A program made the translations under genes and the position numbers. A DNA stretch of 64,000 nt from an uncultured Actinomycetes bacterium (GTDB lineage Bacteria; Actinomycetota; Thermoleophilia; Gaiellales; JAICJC01): the NCBI GenBank assembly GCA_963809205.1, contig CAWEIS010000004.1, positions 87,001 to 151,000 of the forward strand, in the 5' to 3' direction. Positions 1 to 8,685 of the stretch are shown here, in pieces; position 1 is the first letter of the stretch, and each line of letters begins with the position of its first letter. Below the pieces are notes generated by a model. The model saw nothing but the letters and a program-made list of their open reading frames with translations, did not search any database and was not told the DNA's origin.

Positions 1-794
1 GACAGGACGCCCAGCCCCGAGTCGGGGACGACCGAGACCAGCGCGTCGTCATCGTCGCCGTCGATCGCGTACTCGCGGTAGCCGAGGAAGACGAAGTTGT
101 CGTGTGTCAGCCACTCCAGGAAGGCCACGGTCTCGGCGATCTCGTCCCGCGAGTAGCGGGCGGACGCCACCTGGGCGAACTCGATCATCCTGCCCACGCT
201 GTCGGCCATCGCGTGGAAGTCCCGCACGGACAGCGCCACGTCGCCGATCACGCGAATCACGTCGGACGTCAGCTGCTCGAGCTCCGCTTCGGGCATCCGG
301 CGGTCGACCTCGAAGTGCATCACCGACTCGCGGTGCAGCGCCCCGCGTGCAGGCACGACCGCAGCCAGCCGGCCGTTGCCGTCGCGCTCGACGCCGATCA
401 CGGGGTGCATCACGTTGCGGACGGCGAGCCCGCGGCGGCGCAGCTCCTCGGTCACGCTGTCGATCAGGAACGGCATGTCATCGACGTTCGCCTCGAGCAC
501 GCTGCCGCGGCAGCTCCAGCCGTCGCGGGCTCCGTCGGGGTTGAACGCGCGCGCGTGGATGTCGCCGGGACGGCGTTCCGAGATGAACTCGAAGAGCCCG
601 GCCACCTGCGCCGCGAGGGCGTCGATCCCCGGCTCGTCGAGTGGGCCGGACGTCACCCGCCGGGCATACGCTCGGGCGAACTCGCCGAGCGGCCCGTCGG
701 CCGCGCCGTCGAACCGTGCCAGCAGGCTCTGCGCGACGGCGACGCCGGGATCGGTGCCAGGGCTCGCAGACGCCGAGCTGGGTTGGCTCGCCAC
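1..794 (-). CDS. NAD-specific glutamate dehydrogenase, large (~1600 aa Bac_GDH) type; N-terminal ~264 codons only, gene continues past the left edge
   Basis: Hand translation of the minus strand from GTG (792-794) is stop-free to position 1. It reads VASQPSS...VLEANVDDMPFLIDSVTEELRRRGL...RESVMHFEVDRR...RDEIAETVAFLEWLTHDNFVFLGYREYAIDGDDDD. The FLEWL..DNF.FLGYREY block is typical of the large NAD-GDH family. It is absent from the ORF track because there is no stop in the window. Start codon is tentative. Confidence 0.65.
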   Translation of the reverse strand, partial: MASQPSSASASPGTDPGVAVAQSLLARFDGAADGPLGEFARAYARRVTSGPLDEPGIDALAAQVAGLFEFISERRPGDIHARAFNPDGARDGWSCRGSVLEANVDDMPFLIDSVTEELRRRGLAVRNVMHPVIGVERDGNGRLAAVVPARGALHRESVMHFEVDRRMPEAELEQLTSDVIRVIGDVALSVRDFHAMADSVGRMIEFAQVASARYSRDEIAETVAFLEWLTHDNFVFLGYREYAIDGDDDDALVSVVPDSGLGVL

Positions 795-870
795 ATCCCG
801 GATGCTACCGCTCCCGGCCCCGCCGAAGCGGCGCACGCCGGCTTCACAGCGTGGTGACCGGTCTGTAACC

Positions 871-892
871 GTTCACCACTTCGTCACCGTTT
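871..892 (+). promoter_or_regulatory. Candidate PHO box (two tandem 11-nt direct-repeat units) upstream of pstS
   Basis: GTTCACCACTT (871-881) is followed directly by CGTCACCGTTT (882-892), 83-104 nt upstream of the pstS ATG. This resembles the GTTCACC-type 11-nt repeat units bound by PhoP in Streptomyces pst promoters. The motif is recalled from memory and was not scored. Confidence 0.4.
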
Positions 893-974
893 GCCTCCCG
901 GATCGACTCCCCCGCCGGGCGGCCGCGGCGGCAAGATCGAAGCGACAAAATCGACTTCACGATCTGGAGGAACG

Positions 975-2027
975 ATGAGGCCCAGAATATGGCTCCCGAT
1001 CTGCGTGATTGCCGTGGCAATCGCGGCGGGGTGCGGCGGATCGTCGGGCGGCAGTTCGTCCTCGTCCGGCGGCAGTGGAAACGGGACAGCCGAAGCGCTC
1101 TCTGGCGCCGGCAGCACGCTGATCGCACCACTGATGTCGCAGTGGCAGCCCGACTACGCCACCACCGCCGGCATCACGATCACGTACGGCGCGATCGGCT
1201 CCGGCGGCGGCATCGGCGCGATCACCGCCCGCTCCGTCAACTTCGGGGCATCCGATGCACCGCTCACGCCTGACCAGGCAACGGCCTGCAAGGACTGCCT
1301 GCAGATCCCGTGGGCGCTGGCCGCGACCGTGGTCACCTACAACGTCAAGGGCGTTGAGGACAAGCTCAAGCTGGACGGTCCGACCGTCGCCGACATGTTC
1401 CTCGGCAACATCACGCAGTGGGACGATCCGGCGATCAAGGCGCTCAATCCTGGCGTCAGCCTCCCGTCGACCAAGATCACGCCCGTCTACCGTTCCGACG
1501 GCTCGGGCGACAGCTACGTGTTCACGAGCTTCCTGTCGGCCGTGAGCCCGGACTGGAAGAGCAAGGTCGGCGCGTCGACGCAGCCGGCGTTCCCGACCGG
1601 CGTCGGCGCGGAGAAGAACTCCGGCGTCGCCGCGTCCATCCAGAGCACCGACGGGTCGATCGGCTACGTGGCCGTCGCGTACATCGCGGCAGACAGCCTG
1701 AACATGGCGCTGCTCAAGAACGCCGCAGGCAAGTTCCCGGAGCCGAGCATCGACGGGATCACCGCCGCCGCGGACGCCGTGACGACGATCAACGACGACG
1801 GCTCAGTGCCGCTGGTCAATCCGCCGGCCTCCGCCGCGGACGCCTACCCGATGTCCACCTACTCGTACGCGATCGTCCCCAAGACGTCGGACGTGGGCAA
1901 GACCATGAAGGACTTCCTGACGTACGCCATCACCAAGGGCCAGTCCTTCGGACCGGACCTCGGGTTCCCGTCGTTGCCGGACGCGATCGTCCAGCACGAC
2001 AAAGAGGTGATCTCCCAGATCTCCTGA
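975..2027 (+). CDS. pstS: Phosphate ABC transporter substrate-binding lipoprotein PstS
   Basis: Internal ATG at 975 lies 4 nt after GGAGG (966-970), in frame with ORF 891..2027. N-terminus MRPRIWLPICVIAVAIAAGCGGSS is a signal peptide plus lipobox Cys. The body (GAGSTLIAPLM..WQ..Y, YRSDGSGDSYVFT) is PstS-like, and pstCAB follow. Confidence 0.9.
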   Translation: MRPRIWLPICVIAVAIAAGCGGSSGGSSSSSGGSGNGTAEALSGAGSTLIAPLMSQWQPDYATTAGITITYGAIGSGGGIGAITARSVNFGASDAPLTPDQATACKDCLQIPWALAATVVTYNVKGVEDKLKLDGPTVADMFLGNITQWDDPAIKALNPGVSLPSTKITPVYRSDGSGDSYVFTSFLSAVSPDWKSKVGASTQPAFPTGVGAEKNSGVAASIQSTDGSIGYVAVAYIAADSLNMALLKNAAGKFPEPSIDGITAAADAVTTINDDGSVPLVNPPASAADAYPMSTYSYAIVPKTSDVGKTMKDFLTYAITKGQSFGPDLGFPSLPDAIVQHDKEVISQIS

Positions 2028-2039
2028 TGACGCCCGGAT

Positions 2040-2075
2040 GACCGCACCGGCCCGGCACGCCCGGCCGGTGCGGTC
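2040..2075 (+). promoter_or_regulatory. GC-rich stem-loop between pstS and pstC (intra-operon attenuator / mRNA-stabilising hairpin candidate)
   Basis: GACCGCACCGGCC (2040-2052) is the exact reverse complement of GGCCGGTGCGGTC (2063-2075), giving a 13-bp perfect stem with a 10-nt loop. There is no U-tract, so it is not a canonical terminator. Confidence 0.5.
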
Positions 2076-2092
2076 GCCCGTTCCGACCCTGC

Positions 2093-3073
2093 ATGAGCAC
2101 CACCGACACGACACTCACACCGAGCGCCCCCCGGGCGCCGCTGGCCCACCGCACGCGTCCCCGCAAGGCGGACGCGTTCGTCACCAGCCTTGCCGTGGCG
2201 GCAACGCTGCTGGTCGGCATCACCATGGTGCTGATCGCCTGGCAGGTGACCGACGAGGCGCGGCCCGCGATATCGGAGTTCGGGCTGTCGTTCCTGACCT
2301 CCAACGACTGGAACGCGGTCACCCAGCAGTTCGGAGCCCGAGATCTGATCTGGGGCACCATGGTCACATCGCTGTCGGCGCTGGTGCTGGCCGTGCCGCT
2401 GTCCCTGGCCATCGCCCTGTTCCTGAGCGAGCTGGCGCCGCGACGGCTGCGCACGCCGGTCGGCATGCTGGTCGAGTTGCTGGCCGCCATCCCCAGCGTG
2501 GTGCTCGGCCTCTGGGGCATCCTGGTCATGGGCCCGTTCCTCCAGCAGCACGTCGAGCCATGGCTGAACGACCACCTCGGCTTCATCCCGCTCTTCTCCG
2601 GCACGCCCAGCAACGTCGGCCTGCTGCCGGCCATCCTGATCCTGACGATCATGATCGTGCCGATCATCTCCAGCATCAGCCGCGAGCTGTTCGCCGGCGT
2701 GCCGTCGGATCTCAAGGACGGCGCGCTGGCGCTGGGCGCGACCCGCTGGGAGATGGTGCGCAAGGTCGTCATCCCCCACGTCAGCGGCGGCCTGGTCGCA
2801 GCCACCATGCTCGGCTTCGCCCGCGCGGCCGGTGAGGCGATCGCGGTCACGCAGGTGATCGGCGGCACCGCCGGCATCCACTCCGGCCTGTTCGCGCCCG
2901 CCGACACGCTGGCCAGCCGCCTGGCGAGCCAGTACGCCGGAGCCGCGAACGCCATGCAGACGGCGTCCCTGGCCTACCTCGCCGTGCTGCTGCTGATCAT
3001 CAGCGTGATCACGAACTTCATCGCCCAGATCATCGTCGGCCGGGTGCGCCGCAACCAGGCGCGAACGGTATGA
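2093..3073 (+). CDS. pstC: Phosphate ABC transporter permease PstC
   Basis: 326-aa ORF-track protein with multiple hydrophobic spans and a permease loop (ALGATRWEMVRKVVIP). Sits between pstS and pstA. Confidence 0.88.
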   Translation: MSTTDTTLTPSAPRAPLAHRTRPRKADAFVTSLAVAATLLVGITMVLIAWQVTDEARPAISEFGLSFLTSNDWNAVTQQFGARDLIWGTMVTSLSALVLAVPLSLAIALFLSELAPRRLRTPVGMLVELLAAIPSVVLGLWGILVMGPFLQQHVEPWLNDHLGFIPLFSGTPSNVGLLPAILILTIMIVPIISSISRELFAGVPSDLKDGALALGATRWEMVRKVVIPHVSGGLVAATMLGFARAAGEAIAVTQVIGGTAGIHSGLFAPADTLASRLASQYAGAANAMQTASLAYLAVLLLIISVITNFIAQIIVGRVRRNQARTV

Positions 3074-3960
3074 GCAGCCAGGCCGCGAACCCGTTCAGCT
3101 CGACCACCGGCCGGGCCCGCCGGCGCCGGCTGGTCGGCAAGACGATGGAGGTGCTCTCGACGCTGGCCGCGCTGCTCGCCATCGTCGTCCTGATCATCGT
3201 GGTCGGCTCGGTGCTGAAGCGCGGCTTCCCCGCGCTCAGCGTGGATTTCTTCACCAAGAGCCCGGCGCCGTTCGGCCAGACCAACGGCGGCATCGCAAAC
3301 GCCATCGTCGGCACGATCATCATGACCGCCATCGCCACTGCGATCGCCGTGCCCGTCGGTGTGCTGACGGCGATCTTCACATCGCAGTTCGCGCCCAAGC
3401 GGCTTGCGGACTTCATCCGCGTGATGCTGAACGTGCTGGCCGGTGTGCCGACCATCGTGATCGGCATCTTCATCTTTGGCCTGCTCGTCGTCGGCCACGG
3501 CCAGAGCGCCAAGGCGGCGTCGATCGCGCTGTCGATCGTGATGGTGCCGCTGATCGCTCGCTCGGTGGACGAGGTGCTGGCGCTGGTGCCCTCGAGCCTG
3601 CAGGACGCCTCCTATGCGCTCGGCGCGACGCGCGCCCGGACGCTGATCACGGTCGTGCTCCCCGCGGCCGTCAGCGGTATCGTCACGGCGAGCGTCGTCG
3701 CTGCTGCTCGCGCAGCCGGCGAGACGGCCCCGCTGCTGTTCACCTCGTCGATCGTAGCGAACACCGTCACGACCGATCCGAATCAGCCGATGAACTCGAT
3801 CCCGCTGAGCATCTTCGTCAACTCCGAGTCGCCCAGCACGCACGACCAGCAGCAGGCCTGGGCCGCCGCGCTGGTGCTGATCGTCGGCGTGCTCGTGACC
3901 AGTAGCATTGCTCGCCTCCTGTCGGCCCGAGCACGAAGCCAGGGAACCGGCGGTGGCTAG
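3070..3960 (+). CDS. pstA: Phosphate ABC transporter permease PstA
   Basis: 296-aa membrane protein with a 4-nt ATGA overlap on pstC. Motifs [16 protein letters not shown] and [15 protein letters not shown] are typical of PstA. Confidence 0.88.
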   Translation: MSSQAANPFSSTTGRARRRRLVGKTMEVLSTLAALLAIVVLIIVVGSVLKRGFPALSVDFFTKSPAPFGQTNGGIANAIVGTIIMTAIATAIAVPVGVLTAIFTSQFAPKRLADFIRVMLNVLAGVPTIVIGIFIFGLLVVGHGQSAKAASIALSIVMVPLIARSVDEVLALVPSSLQDASYALGATRARTLITVVLPAAVSGIVTASVVAAARAAGETAPLLFTSSIVANTVTTDPNQPMNSIPLSIFVNSESPSTHDQQQAWAAALVLIVGVLVTSSIARLLSARARSQGTGGG

Positions 3961-4003
3961 TTCCGAGAGCTCGGCGCGGGCCGAGGAGAACCGGGAGCGC
4001 GTG

Positions 4004-4834
4004 ATGGACACGACCGAACATGACGACGTGACCTCCGCCCGCCGGACGACGCCCAAGCAGGACCCGGTCTTCGAGATCGACAACGTGACGATCAGCTATG
4101 GCGGCCGCCCCGCCATCGTCGGCGTCAACATGGAAGTCGCCAAGAATCAGGTGACGGCGTTCATCGGCCCGTCCGGCTGCGGCAAGACGACACTCCTGCG
4201 GTCGCTGAACCGGATGAACGACCTGATCCCCAGCGCGTCCCTCGACGGCACGATCCGCTACCACGGCTACGACCTGTCGGCCGGTTCGATCGACCCGGTC
4301 GAGGTGCGGCGGCGGATCGGGATGGTGTTCCAGCGGCCGAATCCGTTCCACAAGTCGATCTTCGACAACGTTTCCTTCGGCATCCGGCTACACAACCCGC
4401 GCAGCGACGTCAAGGCGACCGTGGAGCAGGCGCTGCGCCGGGCCGCGCTGTGGGACGAGGTCAAGGACCGGATGGACGCCTCGGCTCTGTCCCTGTCCGG
4501 CGGCCAGCAGCAGCGGCTGTGCATCGCCCGCGCGATCGCCGTCGACCCCGACGTGATCCTGATGGACGAGCCGGCGTCCGCGCTCGATCCCGTTGCGACG
4601 CAGAAGATCGAGGACCTGATCGCCGAGATCAAGGACAAGTACACGATCGTCATCGTCACCCACAACATGCAGCAGGCGAGCCGCGTCGCCGACATGACCG
4701 CCTTCTTCAGCGTCAACGACTCGGCCGAGGGTGAGCGTCACGGGATCCTCGTCGAGTACGACCAGACCACGTCCATCTTCACCAACCCCAGCGATCCACG
4801 TACCGAGGCTTATGTCACCGGTCGCTTCGGGTGA
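4004..4834 (+). CDS. pstB: Phosphate import ATP-binding protein PstB, copy 1
   Basis: Walker [10 protein letters not shown], signature [16 protein letters not shown], Walker [13 protein letters not shown], then [12 protein letters not shown]. Start taken at ATG 4004, in frame with ORF 3908..4834. Confidence 0.9.
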   Translation: MDTTEHDDVTSARRTTPKQDPVFEIDNVTISYGGRPAIVGVNMEVAKNQVTAFIGPSGCGKTTLLRSLNRMNDLIPSASLDGTIRYHGYDLSAGSIDPVEVRRRIGMVFQRPNPFHKSIFDNVSFGIRLHNPRSDVKATVEQALRRAALWDEVKDRMDASALSLSGGQQQRLCIARAIAVDPDVILMDEPASALDPVATQKIEDLIAEIKDKYTIVIVTHNMQQASRVADMTAFFSVNDSAEGERHGILVEYDQTTSIFTNPSDPRTEAYVTGRFG

Positions 4835-4866
4835 GTCACGCACCAGCAGCCCGCGGAGGCACCCAG

Positions 4867-5718
4867 ATGAGCGCAATCGACAGCGATCAGATTCTCACCA
4901 CTCCCATGCTTGAACTGTCCAACACAGTCGACGAGGTCGAGGAGGACGCGGAGGTCGTGTTCGACATCGACGACCTGAGCGTCTCCTACGGCGACAAGCT
5001 CGCCCTGCGCGACGTGTCGATGAAGATCCGCAAGAACCAGGTGACTGCGTTCATCGGCCCGTCCGGCTGCGGCAAGAGCACGCTGATCCGCTGCCTCAAC
5101 CGGATGAACGACGGCATCGCCACGTTGGACGGCAGCATCCTCTACCACGGCCAGGACATGTACGAGCAGGGGATCGACGTCACCGACGTCCGCCGGCGGA
5201 TCGGCATGGTGTTCCAGCGGCCGAACCCGTTCCCCAAGTCGATCTTCGACAACGTCGCCTACGGCCCGCGCGTCCAGGGCATGAAGGGCGACATGAAGGG
5301 GCGAGTCGAGCGGACGCTCAAGCACGTTGCGCTGTGGGACGAGGTGCACGACCGCCTGAAGGCGAGCGCCAATGGGCTGTCAGGCGGCCAGCAGCAGCGG
5401 CTGTGCATCGCCCGCGCGATCGCCGTCGGCCCCGAGGTCGTGCTGCTCGACGAGCCGTGCTCGGCGCTCGACCCGATCTCGACCGCGGCCATCGAGGATC
5501 TGATCACGACCCTCAAGAAGGACTACACGATCGTCATCGTCACCCACAACATGCAGCAGGCCGCCAGGATCGCCGACCACACCGCGTTCTTCAGCGTGGA
5601 GACCGGCACCGACGGCCGGCGCAGCGGCGTGCTGGTCGAGTTCGACCGCACGTCGAGAATGTTCACCAAGCCGTCCGATCCTCGGACCGAGGGCTACGTC
5701 ACCGGGAGGTTCGGATGA
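4867..5718 (+). CDS. pstB: Phosphate import ATP-binding protein PstB, copy 2 (tandem paralogue)
   Basis: [52 protein letters not shown] 4867 lies 7 nt after GGAGG (4855-4859). An alternative GTG at 4831 overlaps the copy-1 stop. Confidence 0.88.
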   Translation: MSAIDSDQILTTPMLELSNTVDEVEEDAEVVFDIDDLSVSYGDKLALRDVSMKIRKNQVTAFIGPSGCGKSTLIRCLNRMNDGIATLDGSILYHGQDMYEQGIDVTDVRRRIGMVFQRPNPFPKSIFDNVAYGPRVQGMKGDMKGRVERTLKHVALWDEVHDRLKASANGLSGGQQQRLCIARAIAVGPEVVLLDEPCSALDPISTAAIEDLITTLKKDYTIVIVTHNMQQAARIADHTAFFSVETGTDGRRSGVLVEFDRTSRMFTKPSDPRTEGYVTGRFG

Positions 5719-6386
5719 TGCGCCAGGAATTCCAGTCAGGTCTCGACGACCTGGAGCGACAGCTCCAGGCGATGAGCGACAAGTGCGCCCGTGCGTTGCA
5801 CGACGCGCTGGCCGCGCTGCAGTCGCACGACGGGGCGTCGGCCGAGGACGTGATCGCGTTCGACGACGAGGTCGACGAGCTCTTCATCGCGATCGAGCGG
5901 GGCATCGAGGCGCTCCTTGCGACGCAGGCGCCGGTGGCCGGCGACCTCCGGCTGGCGCTCGCCATCCTGCACATCAACCTGCACCTGGAGCGGATCGCCG
6001 ACCAGTGCGTGAACATCGCCAAGCTGACCAAGCTCTCGGAGCCGGCAGGCTTCCGGCCGCAGCTGGTCGACGCGTTCGTCGAAATGGGCTCGCGTGCCGA
6101 GCAGATGCTGCGGGTGGCGATGGATTCGTTCGCGAACCGCGACGCCGAGCGCGCAGAGACGCTGACCGACCTCGACGAGCTGATCGACGAGGAGAACAAG
6201 GCACTTTCGCGCAAGGTGATCGCCGGCGGCAGCAGTGTCGAGGCCCAGGAGGCTGGCCTGCGAGCGATGCTGATCTCTCGCTGCATCGAGCGGATCGGCG
6301 ACAATGCGGTGGACATCGGCGAGCAGACGGTGTTCCTGGTGACCGGCGAGTTCCGCGAGTTCACCGACGCCTCGCACCCGTCGTAG
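5715..6386 (+). CDS. phoU: Phosphate signalling complex protein PhoU
   Basis: ATG 5715 overlaps the pstB stop (ATGA) and is in frame with ORF 5334..6386. The 223-aa helical protein ([17 protein letters not shown]...[13 protein letters not shown]...[13 protein letters not shown]) carries the duplicated PhoU repeat. Confidence 0.88.
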   Translation: MMRQEFQSGLDDLERQLQAMSDKCARALHDALAALQSHDGASAEDVIAFDDEVDELFIAIERGIEALLATQAPVAGDLRLALAILHINLHLERIADQCVNIAKLTKLSEPAGFRPQLVDAFVEMGSRAEQMLRVAMDSFANRDAERAETLTDLDELIDEENKALSRKVIAGGSSVEAQEAGLRAMLISRCIERIGDNAVDIGEQTVFLVTGEFREFTDASHPS

Positions 6387-6401
6387 CGTCGCCCAAATCG
6401 G

Positions 6402-6797
6402 TCAGGCCGCGGCGAGCTCGCCGAGCAGCAGGTCCACGCGACGCCGGATCTCGTCGCGCACCTCCCGCACCCGTTCCACGGGTTGGCCGGCGGGATCGTC
6501 GAGCTCCCAGTCGATGTAGCGCTTGCCGGCGATGAACGGGCATTCGTCGCCGCAGCCCATCGTGACGACGACGTCGGCCCAGGCTATGTCGCTCTCGTCC
6601 AGCCGGTGGGGAACGTTGCCCGAGACATCGATCCCCTCCTCCGCGAGCACAGTCGCCACCTCCGGGTGGACATGCGTCGCCGGGCGGCTCCCGGCCGAGC
6701 GAGCTTCGTGCCGTCCGCCGGCGGCGCGCGTGAACAGCGCGTGGGCGATCTGGGAGCGCCCGGCGTTCTGGATGCAGACGAACAGGACGTTCGTCAT
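6402..6797 (-). CDS. arsC: Arsenate reductase ArsC, low-molecular-weight phosphatase (LMW-PTP) type
   Basis: Internal ATG at 6797 gives a 131-aa protein starting MTNVLFVCIQNAGRSQ (CX5R P-loop). It has a downstream Cys pair (TMGCGDECPF). Start overlaps the upstream MIP gene stop (ATGA). Confidence 0.85.
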   Translation of the reverse strand: MTNVLFVCIQNAGRSQIAHALFTRAAGGRHEARSAGSRPATHVHPEVATVLAEEGIDVSGNVPHRLDESDIAWADVVVTMGCGDECPFIAGKRYIDWELDDPAGQPVERVREVRDEIRRRVDLLLGELAAA

Positions 6798-7456
6798 CGC
6801 GCCTCGGCGGTCCGCAAAACACGGTATGCGACCACCGCGACGGCGGCACCGAGCAGCGGCGCCGTCAGGTACACCCAGAGCGCGGTGTACTCGCCGGACG
6901 CGATCGCGGGCCCCAGCGAGCGCGCCGGATTCATCGACGCGCCGGTGACAGGCCCGCCGAACATGGCGTCGAGCCCGACCGCGCCGCCGATCGCGATCGC
7001 CGCCGCCTCTCCAACAGCCCGCGTGTCGGTGGCAACCGCGGCGATCACCAGCATCAGGAAGAACGTCAGAACGCCTTCCCACAGAAACGCCTGGGCGTCG
7101 CTTCCGGACGGGATGGTCGCCCCGACGTCAGCGACGTCGCCCAGCGACCCGCGAAGGACGAAGGCCGCGGCCAGCGCGCCGGCGAGCTGGGCGCCCCAGT
7201 ACACGCCGACCCGGTGCCACGGGAAATGCCGCCCCAGCGCGAAGCCGAGCGTGACTGCCGGGTTGAAGTGCGCGCCCGAGATGTGTCCCAGGGCGTAGAT
7301 CATGGCCATGATCACCAGGCCGAAGCTGATGGCCACGCCGACGTGCCCGAGCGCGTCCGTCGTCGCGTTGACCATGATCGCCCCGCACCCGGCGAACACC
7401 AGCGCAAAGGTGCCGATCGCCTCGGCGAGCGCCCTCCGTGCGAGCTCCCCGCTCAA
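6794..7456 (-). CDS. MIP-family channel (aquaglyceroporin / AqpS-like arsenite channel candidate)
   Basis: 220 aa with six hydrophobic spans and two NPA boxes (HISGAHFNPAVTLG and GASMNPARSLGP). Embedded between arsN1 and arsC with 4-nt overlaps on both sides. Confidence 0.85.
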   Translation of the reverse strand: MSGELARRALAEAIGTFALVFAGCGAIMVNATTDALGHVGVAISFGLVIMAMIYALGHISGAHFNPAVTLGFALGRHFPWHRVGVYWGAQLAGALAAAFVLRGSLGDVADVGATIPSGSDAQAFLWEGVLTFFLMLVIAAVATDTRAVGEAAAIAIGGAVGLDAMFGGPVTGASMNPARSLGPAIASGEYTALWVYLTAPLLGAAVAVVAYRVLRTAEAR

Positions 7457-7944
7457 TCGATCACCTCGCTGCGACGCTCGACCAGCAGCACATCCCGCCA
7501 GGCGCCGCGGTGCCGTCCCAGGCGCTCGCGAACGCCCACGGTGCGGAACCCACAGCCGTGATGGAGCGCGACGCTCGCGATGTTCTCGGGGAAGATCCCA
7601 GCCTGCAGCGTCCAGATTCCGTCCGCCTCAGCCCGCGCTGCGAGTGCGGTCAGCAACGAACGGCCGACGCCCGTGCCGCGCGCCGTCTCGGCGACGTAGA
7701 CGCTGACCTCGGCAACGCCGCCGTACGCACAGCGGTCCGACACCGGTGAGAGCGCGGCCCATCCCAGCACGCCTCCGTGGTCGTCGACCGCGACCAGCCG
7801 GTGACCGGCGAGATGCCCGGCGTCGAACGCCTCCCAGGCCGGAACCGCAGTCTCGAACGAGGCGACGCCGGTGGCCAGGCCCGCGTCGTAGATCCGGGAG
7901 ACCGCCGGCCAGTGGTCGTGCCGCATCTCGACGATCGACCCCAT
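7453..7944 (-). CDS. arsN: GNAT N-acetyltransferase of the phosphinothricin-acetyltransferase / ArsN1 type
   Basis: 163 aa reading ...VSVYVAETARGTGVGRSLLTALAARAEADGIWTLQAGIFPENIASVALHHGCGFRTVGVRERLG, which is PAT-family-like. Directly follows arsR with no gap, inside the ars operon. Confidence 0.7.
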   Translation of the reverse strand: MGSIVEMRHDHWPAVSRIYDAGLATGVASFETAVPAWEAFDAGHLAGHRLVAVDDHGGVLGWAALSPVSDRCAYGGVAEVSVYVAETARGTGVGRSLLTALAARAEADGIWTLQAGIFPENIASVALHHGCGFRTVGVRERLGRHRGAWRDVLLVERRSEVID

Positions 7945-8295
7945 CTAACCCGTGCGTGCCAGCGACGCGGGCTCCACGAGCGCATGCAGCCGCTCCATCG
8001 CCTCAGCGCGAACCCGGAAGTAGGCGAACGTGCCGCGCTTCTCGCGGTCCAACAGGCCCGCCTCCCGCAACTGCTTGAGGTGGTAGCTGACCGTTGGCTG
8101 GCTCAGGTCGAGCTGATCGGTGAACTCACAGACGCAGACCGGCTGGCCACCGGCGCGAAGCAGGATGTTCAGGATCTTCAGCCGATTCCGGTCGGCGAGG
8201 ACGCGAAACAGCCGCTCCAGCTCGACCGCCTCGGGATCGGACAACGAGCTCCCAGCAAGCGGGGTGCAGCAATGGATCGTCGGCAATCGCTTCAT
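7945..8295 (-). CDS. arsR: ArsR/SmtB-family metalloregulator
   Basis: 116 aa with a winged-helix region (RLKILNILL...CVCEFTDQLDLSQPTVSYHLKQLREAGLL). Contains the CVC As(III)-site motif plus an N-terminal HCC pair. Confidence 0.9.
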   Translation of the reverse strand: MKRLPTIHCCTPLAGSSLSDPEAVELERLFRVLADRNRLKILNILLRAGGQPVCVCEFTDQLDLSQPTVSYHLKQLREAGLLDREKRGTFAYFRVRAEAMERLHALVEPASLARTG

Positions 8296-8352
8296 CGACG
8301 CCGACTATATCGAAACTGATAAAGATTTGCGAACCTCGATGAAGCGTGCTAG
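8296..8352. promoter_or_regulatory. AT-rich arsR promoter/operator region
   Basis: The locally AT-rich tract ctatatcgaaactgataaagatttgcgaacctcgat is unusual for this genome. Weak inverted repeat ATCGA (8309-8313) ... TCGAT (8336-8340). Lies immediately upstream of arsR on the minus strand. Confidence 0.3.
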
Positions 8353-8685
8353 AACCGAGCTCGCCGACCCCACCCGTCGCCCTCGCTCCAGCAAGCCGCC
8401 CGCCCGGCGCTCTCCCACCTCGGCATCCGCGTCGACACCACCGACGACGTCGAAGGCGCGAGGGTTCGCCTCAAACACAGCGGCCTGGTGACCCTCGACG
8501 AGCGCGACACCAGCTGTTGCCACGCGCGTCAGGACAAGGTGTGGGTCGCCGACCCTGCCGGCAACCGCTGGGAGGTCTACACAGTGCTCGGCGACGTTGA
8601 CGACGATCATGAGGACGACCACGCTCGGTCGACGGCAGCATGCTGCACGCCCGTCGAGGGCGAGCCCGCCGGCTGCTGTACCTAG
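8353..8685 (+). pseudogene. Truncated cadI/arsI-type glyoxalase-fold (VOC) gene remnant; only the C-terminal half is present
   Basis: The frame opens after TAG 8350-8352. It reads ...ALSHLGIRVDTTDDVEGARVRLKHSGLVTLDERDTSCCHARQDKVWVADPAGNRWEVYTVLGDVDDD...AACCTPVEGEPAGCCT. This matches the C-terminal half of CadI/ArsI, including the vicinal CC pair and the Cys-rich tail. The first in-frame start is GTG 8488, inside the domain. Only ~115 bp separate it from arsR, so about 30 or more N-terminal codons are missing. Weak similarity in another frame (8346-8400) suggests an extra frameshift. Confidence 0.55.
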
